This document shows positions 21,027-31,290 of a DNA stretch of 32,000 nt, in pieces. The position numbers were made by a program, and so were the translations under genes. This DNA comes from Bacillus subtilis subsp. subtilis str. 168. Lineage in GTDB: Bacteria > Bacillota > Bacilli > Bacillales > Bacillaceae. The stretch covers positions 1,410,001 to 1,442,000 of the forward strand of contig NC_000964.3 in assembly GCF_000009045.1 (NCBI RefSeq). Reading direction: 5' to 3'. Below the pieces are notes generated by a model. The model was not told where the DNA came from, did no database searches, and was given only the letters and a program-made list of their open reading frames with translations. Numbering within the stretch: the first letter of the stretch is position 1; every line of letters begins with the position of its first letter.

Positions 21027-21458
21027 ATGAAGGAACTGGCGATTCTCATTACCGAAATGGTCAATCAATTTCATGATGCTTTTATTTCCTTATGCGGAAT
21101 ATTTGGCATTCATTTAACTGACAAAGAAATGCATTTTTGGGTGATCGGCATTTTTGGCATATTCTTTTTCGGCGTCACTCACGCTGTGTTTACATGGCTT
21201 TCTAAATGGAGTATGACAGCCTTGTCCTTTATCTATACCGTTACAGTCATCATTGTCATCGTATTTGCGATTGAGATTCAGCAAAAGGTGACGGGGAGAG
21301 GGAATATGGAGTTTTTAGATGCCACGGAAGGTATAAAGGGTTTTTTAGTATTTTTTATGTTTTTTTTGCTTTTGAAAATGCTGTTGCGTTTCATCAAAAT
21401 CCTTTTTTCTGGAAGACCAGCAAGCAAATCGAATGGCAATGCCCGATCACGAAGATAA
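21027..21458 (+). CDS. eag: Small integral membrane protein of unknown function (Spo0E-associated gene)
   Basis: 143 aa, four hydrophobic segments, RBS 'AAAGAGGGAAC'. Name by position between spo0E and kinD. Confidence 0.82.
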
Positions 21459-21487
21459 AAAACCCTCCTGACATGGTCAGGGGGGCT
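21456..21487 (-). terminator. Terminator for kinD (possibly bidirectional with eag)
   Basis: Minus strand: CCCCCCTGACCATGTCAGGAGGGTTTTTTAT. Confidence 0.82.
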
Positions 21488-23006
21488 ATGATGCGGATAC
21501 GGGGAGGGTGATCGTCACCTCTGTGCCTCTTCGCACTTCACTTTCAATATGAATAGAGCCTCCGTACATCAGCACGATCCGTTTACAAACAACAAGGCCG
21601 AGACCGGTTCCTTTTTCTTTAGAAGTAACAAAGGGAAGGAAGATGTGATCCAGCATTTCCTGAGAAATCCCTTCACCGTTATCCACAACTTTGATTATGG
21701 CTTTTTTATCTAAAGCTCCTAGGGAGATCGTCAGTTTGCCTCCTTCAGGCATTGACTCGAGGCCATTTTTTGCTACATTTAAAATCACTTGTTTAATATG
21801 ATCTTTTGTACATTTTACGAGTAAGGGCTGCTCGGTTAGATACTGTAATTCGACTTCAACATTGTATAGATTGCCCTCAGAATAAATGATCGGCATAATT
21901 TCTCCGATAATGTCCTGAAGTGAGTTCAGCTCCCATTTTTCAGCTGTCGGCTTGCCGAGAACGAGAAACTCACTCACTATTTGATTGATGCGCTTTATCT
22001 CCTGTTCGATAATGGAGAAGTAAAGCTGATCTTCCTCACCTTTATATTTCTTTTGCAACAGCTGAATAAAGCCGCTTATCCCGGTGAGGGGGTTACGGAT
22101 TTCATGGGCTGTGCTGGCAGCAAGCGTCCCGATCAGCTCTAATTTTTGCGCCTCGTTTTCTGAGCGCTCCAGCTGGGTCTGCCGCTTCAGCAAATAATAC
22201 AGCACGAGAATAAAAAGGATATTCAGCAGAACAATAATACATGAAAGCGGAAGCACAAGGCTTTTCGACAGTTCTTCTATTGTGACCGGGTTCGGATAGA
22301 CTTTCATATTCCAGCTGATATCATCCAGATATCCGCTGACAGGTTTCTGATCCTCTGCATGAGAGGCTTGTCCGCTCGCAAAAATCATTTTCCCGTCTTG
22401 GTTCACAACTTCAATATAAACATCAGGGCTTAGTAAGTTAATGAGATTTTTCAAATAATCAATTTGAATAGCTGCGACAAGATAATCTGTCACATTACGT
22501 TTTGAGTCCAAAACAGGCACACAAATTGTGAAAATTGGCTGACCAGTAATTCTGCTCGAATAACTATCTGAAATGACTGTCTTTTTAGTTTCCTTTGCTT
22601 TTATAAAAAAAGATCTGTCGGCCAGGTTTACTTTCGTTTTTAATTCGGTTGTGCTTGCGGTGACGTCTCCTTTGGCATTGAGAAAATAGAGACCGGAAAA
22701 TCTCGGCTCTGAATCAAAGGTCTTTTCCAAAATTGATTGCATTTTCTTTATATCAACCGGTCTGTCGATGGCGATGGACAAGGAGGTCATTCTCGCCATT
22801 GTTTCTCCGATTAAATAATTGATTTTGTTGCGGTGAAGGTTTAGCAGGACACTTGCTTCTTGTTTATGTTCTGCAGCTATTGTATCTTTTTCTTTTTCAT
22901 ATACGAAAAAGCTGATGACGATTGCCGGAATCACGACCAGTATGATATAAAGTTTGACTCTCCCGCAGGCGCCTTTTAGTATTTTCAATTTGCATCGCTC
23001 CAACAT
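21486..23006 (-). CDS. kinD: Membrane sporulation/biofilm sensor histidine kinase KinD
   Basis: N-terminal TM, extracytoplasmic sensor region, second TM, then GTLAASTAHEIRNPLTGISGFIQLL and DNGEGISQEML...GTGLGLVVCKRIV. Confidence 0.94.
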   Translation of the reverse strand: MLERCKLKILKGACGRVKLYIILVVIPAIVISFFVYEKEKDTIAAEHKQEASVLLNLHRNKINYLIGETMARMTSLSIAIDRPVDIKKMQSILEKTFDSEPRFSGLYFLNAKGDVTASTTELKTKVNLADRSFFIKAKETKKTVISDSYSSRITGQPIFTICVPVLDSKRNVTDYLVAAIQIDYLKNLINLLSPDVYIEVVNQDGKMIFASGQASHAEDQKPVSGYLDDISWNMKVYPNPVTIEELSKSLVLPLSCIIVLLNILFILVLYYLLKRQTQLERSENEAQKLELIGTLAASTAHEIRNPLTGISGFIQLLQKKYKGEEDQLYFSIIEQEIKRINQIVSEFLVLGKPTAEKWELNSLQDIIGEIMPIIYSEGNLYNVEVELQYLTEQPLLVKCTKDHIKQVILNVAKNGLESMPEGGKLTISLGALDKKAIIKVVDNGEGISQEMLDHIFLPFVTSKEKGTGLGLVVCKRIVLMYGGSIHIESEVRRGTEVTITLPVSAS

Positions 23007-23198
23007 ACACCTGATTAGAGGTATTATATCATTGTTTCTTCTTCTTTAATAAGAAAAAATAACCAAAAAAATTAGAAAAAGATGTTGGCAAGCTTACATT
23101 TTAAAAAAGAAGAGAAATATTGGAAAGATTTTTATTGACATTTTGGTCTTTGTTTATTAATGTTTCTCTGTAACGGTTTCTAAAAGGATGATTGAGAC

Positions 23199-23636
23199 AT
23201 GACAGAAAAATCACTGAAGTTATTTATCGTGCTGTCGCGCGCGTATCGGTCTATTAACGATCATATGAATAAGCATATTCATAAGCATGGGCTGAATCCG
23301 ACTGAATTTGCTGTGCTAGAGCTTTTGTACCATAAAGGCGATCAGCCGCTGCAGCAGATAGGAGATAAAATTCTCTTGGCTAGCGGGAGCATCACATACG
23401 TTGTAGATAAGCTGGAGCAAAAAGAACTTCTCATTCGGAAAGCGTCTCCTACAGACAGACGAGTGACATTTGCGCAAATTACTGAAAAAGGCATCGGTCT
23501 TTTGAACGATATTTTCCCTGATCACGCTGCTGAAATTGATGAAATGATCAGCGTATTAAGCGAAGAAGAGGTAGAGATGTGCACCGAAATGTTAAAAAGA
23601 GTAGGATTAAACGCAAAACAGTTTCATAATAAGTAA
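23199..23636 (+). CDS. mhqR: MarR-type repressor MhqR
   Basis: MarR winged-helix sequence (LTEFAVLELLYHKGDQPLQQIGDKILLASGSITYVVDKLEQKELLIRKASPTDRR). ykvE/mhqR by synteny. Confidence 0.9.
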   Translation: MTEKSLKLFIVLSRAYRSINDHMNKHIHKHGLNPTEFAVLELLYHKGDQPLQQIGDKILLASGSITYVVDKLEQKELLIRKASPTDRRVTFAQITEKGIGLLNDIFPDHAAEIDEMISVLSEEEVEMCTEMLKRVGLNAKQFHNK

Positions 23637-23674
23637 AAAAAGGAAGCCTGATATGTCACAAGGCTTCCTTTTTT
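23634..23674. terminator. Bidirectional terminator between mhqR and motB
   Basis: AAAAAAAGGAAGCCTGATATGTCACAAGGCTTCCTTTTTT. Confidence 0.88.
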
Positions 23675-23675
23675 G

Positions 23676-24461
23676 CTATTTTTCATTTGTTTCCGCTGCG
23701 CCTCTCGGCAAAATGAGAACTTCAACCCGCCGGTTTTTGCTTCGGCCTTCCGCAGTTTTATTGGAAGCCACCGGTTTATACTCGCCATAACCCTTGGCGC
23801 TGAACACTTTTGCATCGAGCTTGGGGTTTTCAATCAGGAGCCCCATAAAGTTTACCGCTCTCATGACGCTTAAATGCCAGTTTGATTGGAATTCAGAATT
23901 TTTAATTGGCATATTATCAGTATGTCCGCTGATAATGATATTTCTTGGCGGGTTAATCACAAGAAGATTTGAAATCTCTTTTGCAAGCGGCACATCTTCC
24001 TTACGGATGGTCGCTTTTCCAGAATCGAAGAAGATGCTGTCTTTAATCGTAATCAGAAGGCCTTCACTAGTCATCTTCGTCTCCAGCTGATGTTCCAGCT
24101 TTTTATCTTTGATGAACTTTTCCACCTGGCTCTTCACATTTTCAAGTTCTTCTTGATCAGCTGCTTTTTCTTTTTCTTTCTTGTTTTTCTCTTTCTCTTC
24201 TTTTTCCTTTTTCACTTCATCGATGCCGTCTGACTCGTTTTCAGGAGGAGTGACACTGGAGTAGTCCAGTACACCGGTTCCGCCTGTAAAAACTTCATTA
24301 AATGATTTTGAGAGCATTTGAAACTTAGCTGCGTCAATCGAGCTGCTCGCGTACAGCACAATAAACAATGCCAGGAGAAGAGTAAGGATGTCGGCGTAAG
24401 GAACGAGCCATGATTCATCAACGTGCTCGTCCTCATGCTTCTTCTTCTTTTTTCTCGCCAT
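23676..24461 (-). CDS. motB: Flagellar stator protein MotB
   Basis: MARKKKKKHEDEHVDESWLVPYADILTLLLALFIVLYASS plus OmpA-like C-domain (IISGHTDNMPI, GYGEYKPVASN...NRRVEV). Confidence 0.96.
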   Translation of the reverse strand: MARKKKKKHEDEHVDESWLVPYADILTLLLALFIVLYASSSIDAAKFQMLSKSFNEVFTGGTGVLDYSSVTPPENESDGIDEVKKEKEEKEKNKKEKEKAADQEELENVKSQVEKFIKDKKLEHQLETKMTSEGLLITIKDSIFFDSGKATIRKEDVPLAKEISNLLVINPPRNIIISGHTDNMPIKNSEFQSNWHLSVMRAVNFMGLLIENPKLDAKVFSAKGYGEYKPVASNKTAEGRSKNRRVEVLILPRGAAETNEK

Positions 24462-25245
24462 TTTGCGCCTCTCCTTGTTCTGCAAATTTCAAGCGGTCCT
24501 TCGCAGGAAGATACATTAAAAGCTTTTGTTCGATGACTTTCGGTGCTTGTCCTTCTAAAACGGATAAAACACCTTCAATCATGACCTCACGCAGTTTTAC
24601 TTCCTGTTTTGATTTTCGTTTTAATTTATTTGCGAAAGGATGCCATAACACATACCCTGTAAAGATACCGAGAAGTGTGGCAACAAAGGCAGCACTGATG
24701 GCGTGTCCAAGCTCATCTGTGTTATCCATATGAGAGAGAGCGGCAATCAGCCCGATTACAGCGCCGAGTACTCCAAGTGTCGGAGCGTACGTTCCTGCTT
24801 GTGTAAAAATAGCGGCTCCTGCTTGGTGCCTGTCCTCCATTGCTTCGACTTCCTCTGTCATAATATCTCTTATAAATTCCGCGCTTTGCCCGTCAACAGC
24901 CATGCTGAGCCCGTTTTTCAAGAAAGCATCATCTACATCCTCAATGCTTGCTTCTAAAGCAAGCAGACCTTCGCGGCGTGCAAGCTGAGCCCATTCAGAG
25001 AACATAGGAATGAGTTCCTCTATTGTGAGCTGTTTATTTTCCTTAAATAACACTCGAAACAGCGTAGGCACTTTTTTAATTTCTTTTGTTGGGAACGCAA
25101 TAACGACTGCTGAGATTGTCCCGGCGATAATAATTAAAATGGCAGCGGGGTTTGCAAGGGCGCTGAAACTGACGCCTTTCAGAACCATCCCGACGCTCAA
25201 TGCCACAAAAGCAAGAATAATACCGATTAACGAAGTTTTATCCAT
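24433..25245 (-). CDS. motA: Flagellar stator protein MotA
   Basis: MDKTSLIGIILAFVALSVGMVLKG..., MotA/TolQ signatures. Start placed at 25245 because a SigD promoter lies inside the longer ORF. Confidence 0.96.
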   Translation of the reverse strand: MDKTSLIGIILAFVALSVGMVLKGVSFSALANPAAILIIIAGTISAVVIAFPTKEIKKVPTLFRVLFKENKQLTIEELIPMFSEWAQLARREGLLALEASIEDVDDAFLKNGLSMAVDGQSAEFIRDIMTEEVEAMEDRHQAGAAIFTQAGTYAPTLGVLGAVIGLIAALSHMDNTDELGHAISAAFVATLLGIFTGYVLWHPFANKLKRKSKQEVKLREVMIEGVLSVLEGQAPKVIEQKLLMYLPAKDRLKFAEQGEAQNGEKKEEEA

Positions 25246-25286
25246 AGTTTTCACCAAATCCTTTTTTACTAGCTTGTCTATGGTTA

Positions 25287-25313
25287 ATATCGGTTTTGGT
25301 GCCCGGAACTTTA
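25287..25313 (-). promoter_or_regulatory. Putative SigD promoter of motAB
   Basis: Minus strand: TAAA-(15 nt)-ACCGATAT, close to the SigD consensus TAAA-N15-GCCGATAT. Confidence 0.8.
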
Positions 25314-25375
25314 GGGACATTGTGAATTTGTTCATGAAATATTCAAGGAAGAGGCATAGAAGGGAGAAATAAACA

Positions 25376-25408
25376 AAAACGGGCTCTCCAAAATTGAAAA
25401 GCCCGGGG
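25376..25408 (-). terminator. Terminator of a small minus-strand transcript between clpE and motA
   Basis: Minus strand: CGGGCTTTTCAATTTTGGAGAGCCCGTTTTTGTTT. Confidence 0.75.
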
Positions 25409-25419
25409 GTCTACTGAAA

Positions 25420-25497
25420 TTAGCAGCTTGCTTGCAAGCTGTCCTTCAGATGGTATTCATATAATAGTAGAAATACATATTCACTGTATATAAACAT
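25420..25497 (-). CDS. Candidate 25-aa small protein (MFIYSEYVFLLLYEYHLKDSLQASC)
   Basis: 'AAGGAGGGATGGAAC' RBS ahead of ATG at 25497, TAA at 25420, terminator immediately downstream. Absent from the ORF track. Confidence 0.5.
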   Translation of the reverse strand: MFIYSEYVFLLLYEYHLKDSLQASC

Positions 25498-25589
25498 GTT
25501 CCATCCCTCCTTAAAAAAGTGTAAAGGATGAAGGGAAGTAGCGCTTCAGGAGAAGGGACGGTAATTTCTAAGTCAAGAGTATGAAAGTA

Positions 25590-25624
25590 TAAAAAAAAGC
25601 GGCTTCCTAAAAGGAAACCGCTGA
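25590..25624 (-). terminator. Terminator of clpE
   Basis: Minus strand: CAGCGGTTTCCTTTTAGGAAGCCGCTTTTTTTTAT. Confidence 0.88.
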
Positions 25625-25627
25625 TTG

Positions 25628-27727
25628 TTATTTTGCTCGCACTTTGATTTTATCATCTTCTAAAATCACGTGAAAACTTGTGATCTCGCCATTATCAAGC
25701 AGCAGATCGGTCATTTCATCCTCAACCCATTCTTGGATGGTTCTTCTAAGCGGACGTGCACCGAATGAAGGGTGGTAGCCCAGCTCAGCGATTTTTTCTT
25801 TCGCTTCATCTGTCACATTCAAGCTAATGCCCCGTTCCGCCAATGTTTCTTCAAGTTCTCCAAGAAGAAGGCTGACGATTTTGACAAGATGTTCTTTTTC
25901 CAATGAGCGGAACTCAATAATGCTGTCAAAACGGTTGAGGAACTCAGGTTTAAAGAACATGCTCAGTGAATCAATTAATGTTTGTTCTTCGATGACACTG
26001 TCATCTGATTGGAAACCGACTTTCGTTTGTTTCTCACCAGCACCCGCATTACTTGTCATGATGATCACAGTGTCTTTGAAGCTTACAGTTCTGCCTTGGC
26101 TGTCTGTCAGACGGCCATCTTCCATAATTTGCAGGAACATATGCTGAACGTCTGGGTGTGCTTTTTCAATCTCATCCAGCAACACAATGCTGTAAGGATT
26201 GCGGCGCACCTTCTCAGTTAATTGTCCAGCTTCCTCATGGCCGACATATCCAGGCGGTGAACCGATAATTTTAGATACGGCGTGTTTCTCCATGTATTCG
26301 CTCATATCGAGTCGGATAATAGCGTCTTTTGTGCCGAATAATTCATCTGCCAGTGTTTTAGAAAGCTCTGTTTTCCCTACGCCGGTAGGACCGACGAAGA
26401 GGAAGGAGCCGACTGGTCTGTTTTTGGATTTTAATCCGGCGCGGCTTCGTCTTACCGCTTTTGCCACTTTTTGAACAGCGGCTTCTTGTCCGATCACGCG
26501 TTCATGAAGTTTTGCTTCGAGTTCTTTCATTTTCGTTTGTTCGTCTGCCTGCAGTTTGCCGACAGGGATGCCTGTTTTTTGTTCAACAATTTCCTGAATG
26601 TGCTCAGCTTCCACAGTGACAGCGGTATGAGCGGAGGAGCTGTTCAGTTTTTTCTCCAATGCGAGTTCTTCATCACGGAGTTTTGCCGCCAGTTCGTAAT
26701 TTTCTTCTTCCAGGGCTTTTGTTTTTTCGGCTTCAATTGCAGTTAAGCGTTCAGCGGCATCCTCATCATTCAGTTCATCAATTAACAGGTTGGCTTTTGA
26801 ACCTGCTTCATCTAATAAATCAATTGCTTTATCCGGCAGGTGTCTGTCCTGAATGTAGCGGGATGATAAAGTGACACATGCTTTGATTGCTTCATCACTG
26901 AATGTTACGCCATGGTACGCCTCGTATTTGTCTTTAATCCCTTGCAGAATGAGGATAGCCTGTTCAATTGAAGGCTCCTGCACCATGACAGGCTGAAAAC
27001 GTCTTTCCAGCGCGGCATCTTTTTCGATTTGACGATATTCTTTCAGTGTTGTCGCGCCAATGACTTGCAGTTCGCCTCTGGCTAGGGCCGGTTTGAGAAT
27101 GTTGCCGGCGTCCATTGATCCTTCTGCAGAGCCTGCGCCGACGAGAAGGTGAATTTCATCAATGAACAGAATGACATTTTTTCGTTCCTTCAGCTCAGTG
27201 ATCAGCTGTTTCATTCTCTCCTCAAATTGGCCTCTGATCCCTGTGTTTGCAACAAGAGATGCAACATCAAGCAAGTATAGCTCTTTGTTTTTTAGTTTGT
27301 TTGGAACATCACCTTCAGCAATTTTTAAAGCGAGCCCTTCAGCGATGGCAGTTTTCCCTACACCCGGCTCACCAATAAGAACCGGATTGTTTTTGTTTCG
27401 GCGGTTTAGAATTTCGATCACTCGCGCCACTTCATCATCACGGCCGATGACGGGATCAATGAGACCGGCTTTTGCACCGTTTGTAATATTTTGAGCCAGC
27501 TCATCAAGCAACCCTTTTTTTTCGCTTTGTTTTGCTGCGCTCTGTTCTTTCGGCTGGAATGCCTGTTCAAACGGAAATCCGAAAGATTGAGGACCCATAC
27601 TCATTGAAGGTTTACGGGTCAGTTCGTTATAGCAAGTTTCACAAAGAACCATCTGTTTATGAACGGAATTTATTTGCATGTTAAGGCGAATCGTCGCCTC
27701 GTTTTGATGACAATGTTGACAACGCAT
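25628..27727 (-). CDS. clpE: ATP-dependent Clp protease ATPase subunit ClpE
   Basis: N-terminal zinc finger (MRCQHCHQN...CETCYNEL), two AAA+ modules ([31 protein letters not shown]). Start at ATG 27727, giving 699 aa. Confidence 0.97.
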   Translation of the reverse strand: MRCQHCHQNEATIRLNMQINSVHKQMVLCETCYNELTRKPSMSMGPQSFGFPFEQAFQPKEQSAAKQSEKKGLLDELAQNITNGAKAGLIDPVIGRDDEVARVIEILNRRNKNNPVLIGEPGVGKTAIAEGLALKIAEGDVPNKLKNKELYLLDVASLVANTGIRGQFEERMKQLITELKERKNVILFIDEIHLLVGAGSAEGSMDAGNILKPALARGELQVIGATTLKEYRQIEKDAALERRFQPVMVQEPSIEQAILILQGIKDKYEAYHGVTFSDEAIKACVTLSSRYIQDRHLPDKAIDLLDEAGSKANLLIDELNDEDAAERLTAIEAEKTKALEEENYELAAKLRDEELALEKKLNSSSAHTAVTVEAEHIQEIVEQKTGIPVGKLQADEQTKMKELEAKLHERVIGQEAAVQKVAKAVRRSRAGLKSKNRPVGSFLFVGPTGVGKTELSKTLADELFGTKDAIIRLDMSEYMEKHAVSKIIGSPPGYVGHEEAGQLTEKVRRNPYSIVLLDEIEKAHPDVQHMFLQIMEDGRLTDSQGRTVSFKDTVIIMTSNAGAGEKQTKVGFQSDDSVIEEQTLIDSLSMFFKPEFLNRFDSIIEFRSLEKEHLVKIVSLLLGELEETLAERGISLNVTDEAKEKIAELGYHPSFGARPLRRTIQEWVEDEMTDLLLDNGEITSFHVILEDDKIKVRAK

Positions 27728-27748
27728 TTGCCAAAACCTCCTTAATAA

Positions 27749-27957
27749 TTTGATCATCTTTGACCAATGAAAGTGAATAAAAAGGTCTATTGGGTTTGAC
27801 CTTCTTTGACTATTAGTATACGGCAAACTTAACGGCATTCAAACCAATATGCTCAAAGCAGACTGAATATTTGACTATCTTTGACCAATTGATTTTTAAA
27901 AAAGGCCGGTTTGTTTGACCAACTTTGATTAATAGTATACTCTGACTATCTTTGACT
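27749..27957 (-). promoter_or_regulatory. Array of five CtsR-type heptad operators with two candidate promoters upstream of clpE
   Basis: Plus-strand TTTGAYY-N3-TTTGAYY at 27749-27765, 27795-27811, 27870-27886, 27914-27930 and a weaker TCTGACT-N3-TTTGACT at 27941-27957. Minus-strand promoter-like TTGAAA-N17-TATACT and TTGAAT-N16-TATACT. Confidence 0.9.
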
Positions 27958-28091
27958 TTCAAGTCTTATGCACAAAAATTTTTGATTTGTTACAAAGTAA
28001 AACATGTTTTCTTCGTCTTTTCAAGGAACTTGTCTCATAGGTTATAAAAAGGCATATATGGACAAAACTGCGGTTCGTTCGGAGGGAAGAA

Positions 28092-29135
28092 ATGGAACAA
28101 TCAAAAGGGTCTGCAAGTCAGCTTGCTTTTGTGTATGTCGGCACAGTAGTCGGAGCTGGATTTGCGACTGGGAGGGAAATTGTTGAGTTTTTTCTGAAGT
28201 TCGGCTGGTTCGGTTTTTTCGGCATTCTCGTCAGCGGCGGAATGTTTACGTTACTGGGGGCCAAGCTGATGATCATTTCAAAGCGAATCAATGCCAAGTC
28301 ATATCAAGAAATGAACATATTTTTGTTCGGGGCGACGGCTGGGCGGATTATCAATGTATTTATGCTGTTTGTTCTCCTTGGAGTTACATCTGTTATGCTT
28401 TCAGGGGCAGGGGCGCTTTTTGAGGAACAGCTGGGGATGTCCGCTCAGATTGGGATGCTCATTACAATCGGTCTGAGTTTAATTGTGATGACTAGAGGAG
28501 TAAAAGGCATTTTCGGTGTCAATGTGTTTGTTGTTCCTCTTTTAATCATCTTTTCAATGATTGTGGTGGCCGACTCTTTTATATTCAGCGAATCACGAAA
28601 CGCAGCTCAGTGGGTCTGGCCGCATCGCTGGGATTGGCTGTTATCAGCAGTTTCTTACGGGGCTTTAAATTTATCGCTTGCCCAAGCTGTTTTGGTTCCG
28701 CTGGCGAATGAAATGTCATCGGAGAAAGTGATAAAAAAAGGCGCTTTAATCGGAGGCACGATGCTGACGATTGTGCTGTCCGCGAGTTTTCTGTCTTTGT
28801 CGACTCTTCCGGATGTATTTTTGTATGATATACCGATGGCGCAAGTGGTTTATCTCTTTGCACGATCTGTCCATTTGATTTATTTACTCATTATTTTCGG
28901 AGAAGTGTTCACATCAGTTATCGGTAATCTATATGGATTAGAAAAACAAGTGCAAAGCTTTCTTCCAGTGAAAAGCAAATATATCTTTGCAGCCATTATG
29001 ATCACGGCTTATATTACGAGCCAAATAGGGTACGGCAGGCTTATTTCAACGATTTATCCCTTGTTTGGCTATGTGAGCCTGGCCTTCATAGGCGCTTTGC
29101 TTTGCAAAAAAGCTCCTCGGCGGCGCAGTTTATAA
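28092..29135 (+). CDS. ykvI: Membrane transporter-like protein YkvI
   Basis: 347 aa, about 10 TM segments, start ATG with 'GGAGGGAAGA' RBS. Substrate unknown. Confidence 0.85.
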   Translation: MEQSKGSASQLAFVYVGTVVGAGFATGREIVEFFLKFGWFGFFGILVSGGMFTLLGAKLMIISKRINAKSYQEMNIFLFGATAGRIINVFMLFVLLGVTSVMLSGAGALFEEQLGMSAQIGMLITIGLSLIVMTRGVKGIFGVNVFVVPLLIIFSMIVVADSFIFSESRNAAQWVWPHRWDWLLSAVSYGALNLSLAQAVLVPLANEMSSEKVIKKGALIGGTMLTIVLSASFLSLSTLPDVFLYDIPMAQVVYLFARSVHLIYLLIIFGEVFTSVIGNLYGLEKQVQSFLPVKSKYIFAAIMITAYITSQIGYGRLISTIYPLFGYVSLAFIGALLCKKAPRRRSL

Positions 29136-29205
29136 ATATATATAATGAAACGAACCGTCACTATAGAGCGATAATTGATCTAGGAACCGGGGACTGACTT
29201 TTTTA

Positions 29206-29235
29206 TTGTCAAGAAAAACATCATTATGGTAAGAT
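29206..29235 (+). promoter_or_regulatory. Putative SigA promoter of queCDEF
   Basis: TTGTCA (29206-29211), 18-bp spacer, TAAGAT (29230-29235), about 45 nt ahead of the riboswitch aptamer. Confidence 0.55.
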
Positions 29236-29278
29236 AGCAGAAGTGAAAAAATTGAAGAAAATCCGTGCGATATGCGGG

Positions 29279-29347
29279 AGAGGTTCTAGCTACACCCTCT
29301 ATAAAAAACTAAGGACGAGCTGTATCCTTGGATACGGCCTTTTTTAT
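29279..29347 (+). promoter_or_regulatory. PreQ1-I riboswitch with terminator
   Basis: AGAGGTTCTAGCTACACCCTCTATAAAAAACTAAGG (29279-29314), the classic queCDEF leader aptamer, followed by GTATCCTTGGATACGGCCTTTTTT. Confidence 0.96.
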
Positions 29348-29447
29348 GTTTTTCTAGAGCACCTTCCGAAAAAAGGTGTTTTTTTGCGTGAATTAGCTGT
29401 AGCGATGTCTCTCGCCGGCGTTTTTATTGCGGAGAAGGAGAGGAATC

Positions 29448-30107
29448 ATGAAAAAAGAAAAAGCAATTGTCGTATTTAGCGGCGGTCAAGACAGCACAAC
29501 ATGCTTACTGTGGGCCTTAAAAGAATTCGAAGAAGTCGAAACGGTGACTTTTCATTATAATCAGCGACATTCGCAGGAAGTTGAAGTGGCAAAATCCATT
29601 GCGGAAAAGCTTGGTGTGAAAAATCATTTGCTTGATATGTCACTTTTAAATCAGCTTGCACCGAATGCCCTGACTAGAAATGATATTGAGATAGAAGTAA
29701 AAGACGGCGAACTGCCATCCACATTCGTTCCAGGCCGCAATTTGGTATTCTTATCCTTTGCGTCTATCCTGGCTTACCAAATTGGCGCGCGCCACATTAT
29801 TACAGGAGTTTGCGAGACAGACTTCAGTGGTTATCCTGACTGCCGTGACGAATTCGTGAAATCTTGCAATGTCACGGTAAATCTGGCAATGGAGAAGCCG
29901 TTTGTGATCCACACGCCTCTCATGTGGCTCAATAAGGCGGAAACGTGGAAGCTTGCAGATGAGCTTGGCGCGCTGGATTTTGTGAAAAACAACACGCTGA
30001 CATGCTATAACGGCATCATCGCAGACGGCTGCGGCGAATGTCCGGCATGTCACCTTCGTTCAAAAGGTTATGAAGAATATATGGTGATGAAAGGAGAGCG
30101 TGCATAA
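29448..30107 (+). CDS. queC: 7-cyano-7-deazaguanine synthase
   Basis: [15 protein letters not shown]-loop and zinc ligands [10 protein letters not shown]. Start ATG 29448 after 'AAGGAGAGG'. Confidence 0.96.
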   Translation: MKKEKAIVVFSGGQDSTTCLLWALKEFEEVETVTFHYNQRHSQEVEVAKSIAEKLGVKNHLLDMSLLNQLAPNALTRNDIEIEVKDGELPSTFVPGRNLVFLSFASILAYQIGARHIITGVCETDFSGYPDCRDEFVKSCNVTVNLAMEKPFVIHTPLMWLNKAETWKLADELGALDFVKNNTLTCYNGIIADGCGECPACHLRSKGYEEYMVMKGERA

Positions 30108-30549
30108 ATTGTTATCTCAAATTTATCCGCAGGCCCAGCATCCTTATTCGTTTGAACTGAATAAGGACATGCATATCTCAGCCGCTCATTTTATCCCTCG
30201 GGAAAGTGCGGGAGCGTGCAGCAGGGTTCACGGGCATACGTATACCGTAAATATAACCGTTGCCGGCGACGAACTTGACGATTCAGGCTTTCTTGTCAAT
30301 TTCAGCGTACTCAAAAAACTGGTGCACGGAAACTATGATCACACGCTATTAAATGATCATGAAGATTTTTCTCAGGACGACCGGTATTCGCTGCCGACAA
30401 CTGAAGTCGTGGCGAAAACGATTTATGACAACGTACAGGCTTATTTAGACACTTTGGAGAATAAGCCGACCTGTGTACAGGTGTTTGTCCGTGAAACACC
30501 GACAAGCTACTGTGTCTACCGTCCGAAAAAGGGTGGTTTGAATGGCTAA
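30100..30549 (+). CDS. queD: 6-carboxy-5,6,7,8-tetrahydropterin synthase
   Basis: PTPS-family motifs (FSAAH-like [34 protein letters not shown]). GTG start overlaps queC. Confidence 0.93.
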   Translation: MHKLLSQIYPQAQHPYSFELNKDMHISAAHFIPRESAGACSRVHGHTYTVNITVAGDELDDSGFLVNFSVLKKLVHGNYDHTLLNDHEDFSQDDRYSLPTTEVVAKTIYDNVQAYLDTLENKPTCVQVFVRETPTSYCVYRPKKGGLNG

Positions 30550-31273
30550 AGGAATTCCTGTATTAGAAATTTTCGGCCCGACGATTCAAGGAGAAGGCAT
30601 GGTGATCGGACAGAAAACGATGTTCGTCCGGACAGCCGGCTGCGATTATTCCTGCAGCTGGTGTGACTCCGCTTTCACTTGGGACGGGTCTGCTAAAAAA
30701 GATATTCGCTGGATGACGGCGGAGGAGATTTTTGCGGAGCTTAAGGACATTGGGGGAGATGCGTTTTCTCATGTGACGATCTCAGGCGGCAACCCGGCTC
30801 TGTTAAAACAGCTGGATGCTTTTATTGAACTGCTGAAGGAAAATAACATCCGTGCAGCGCTTGAAACTCAAGGGACCGTTTATCAGGATTGGTTTACGCT
30901 GATTGATGACCTGACAATTTCTCCAAAACCGCCAAGCTCAAAAATGGTAACGAACTTTCAAAAGCTTGACCACATTTTAACTTCACTTCAAGAGAATGAT
31001 AGACAGCATGCTGTCAGCTTGAAGGTTGTCATCTTTAATGATGAAGATCTGGAATTTGCCAAAACTGTGCACAAGCGGTATCCGGGAATCCCGTTTTATT
31101 TACAAGTCGGAAATGATGACGTGCATACGACAGATGATCAGTCACTGATTGCACATTTGCTTGGAAAATATGAAGCGCTTGTTGATAAGGTAGCTGTCGA
31201 TGCGGAGCTGAATCTCGTCAGAGTGCTCCCGCAGCTGCACACCCTGTTATGGGGCAACAAACGCGGAGTATAA
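30542..31273 (+). CDS. queE: 7-carboxy-7-deazaguanine synthase (radical SAM)
   Basis: [35 protein letters not shown], radical-SAM CxxxCxxC-like cluster; overlaps queD. Confidence 0.96.
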   Translation: MAKGIPVLEIFGPTIQGEGMVIGQKTMFVRTAGCDYSCSWCDSAFTWDGSAKKDIRWMTAEEIFAELKDIGGDAFSHVTISGGNPALLKQLDAFIELLKENNIRAALETQGTVYQDWFTLIDDLTISPKPPSSKMVTNFQKLDHILTSLQENDRQHAVSLKVVIFNDEDLEFAKTVHKRYPGIPFYLQVGNDDVHTTDDQSLIAHLLGKYEALVDKVAVDAELNLVRVLPQLHTLLWGNKRGV

Positions 31274-31290
31274 TAGAAAGGAAGATGAAC

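Noticed and set aside
29243-29479. 78-aa plus-strand ORF before queC
   Set aside because: It is the translation of the preQ1 riboswitch and terminator. Its GTG coincides with the predicted transcription start and there is no RBS.
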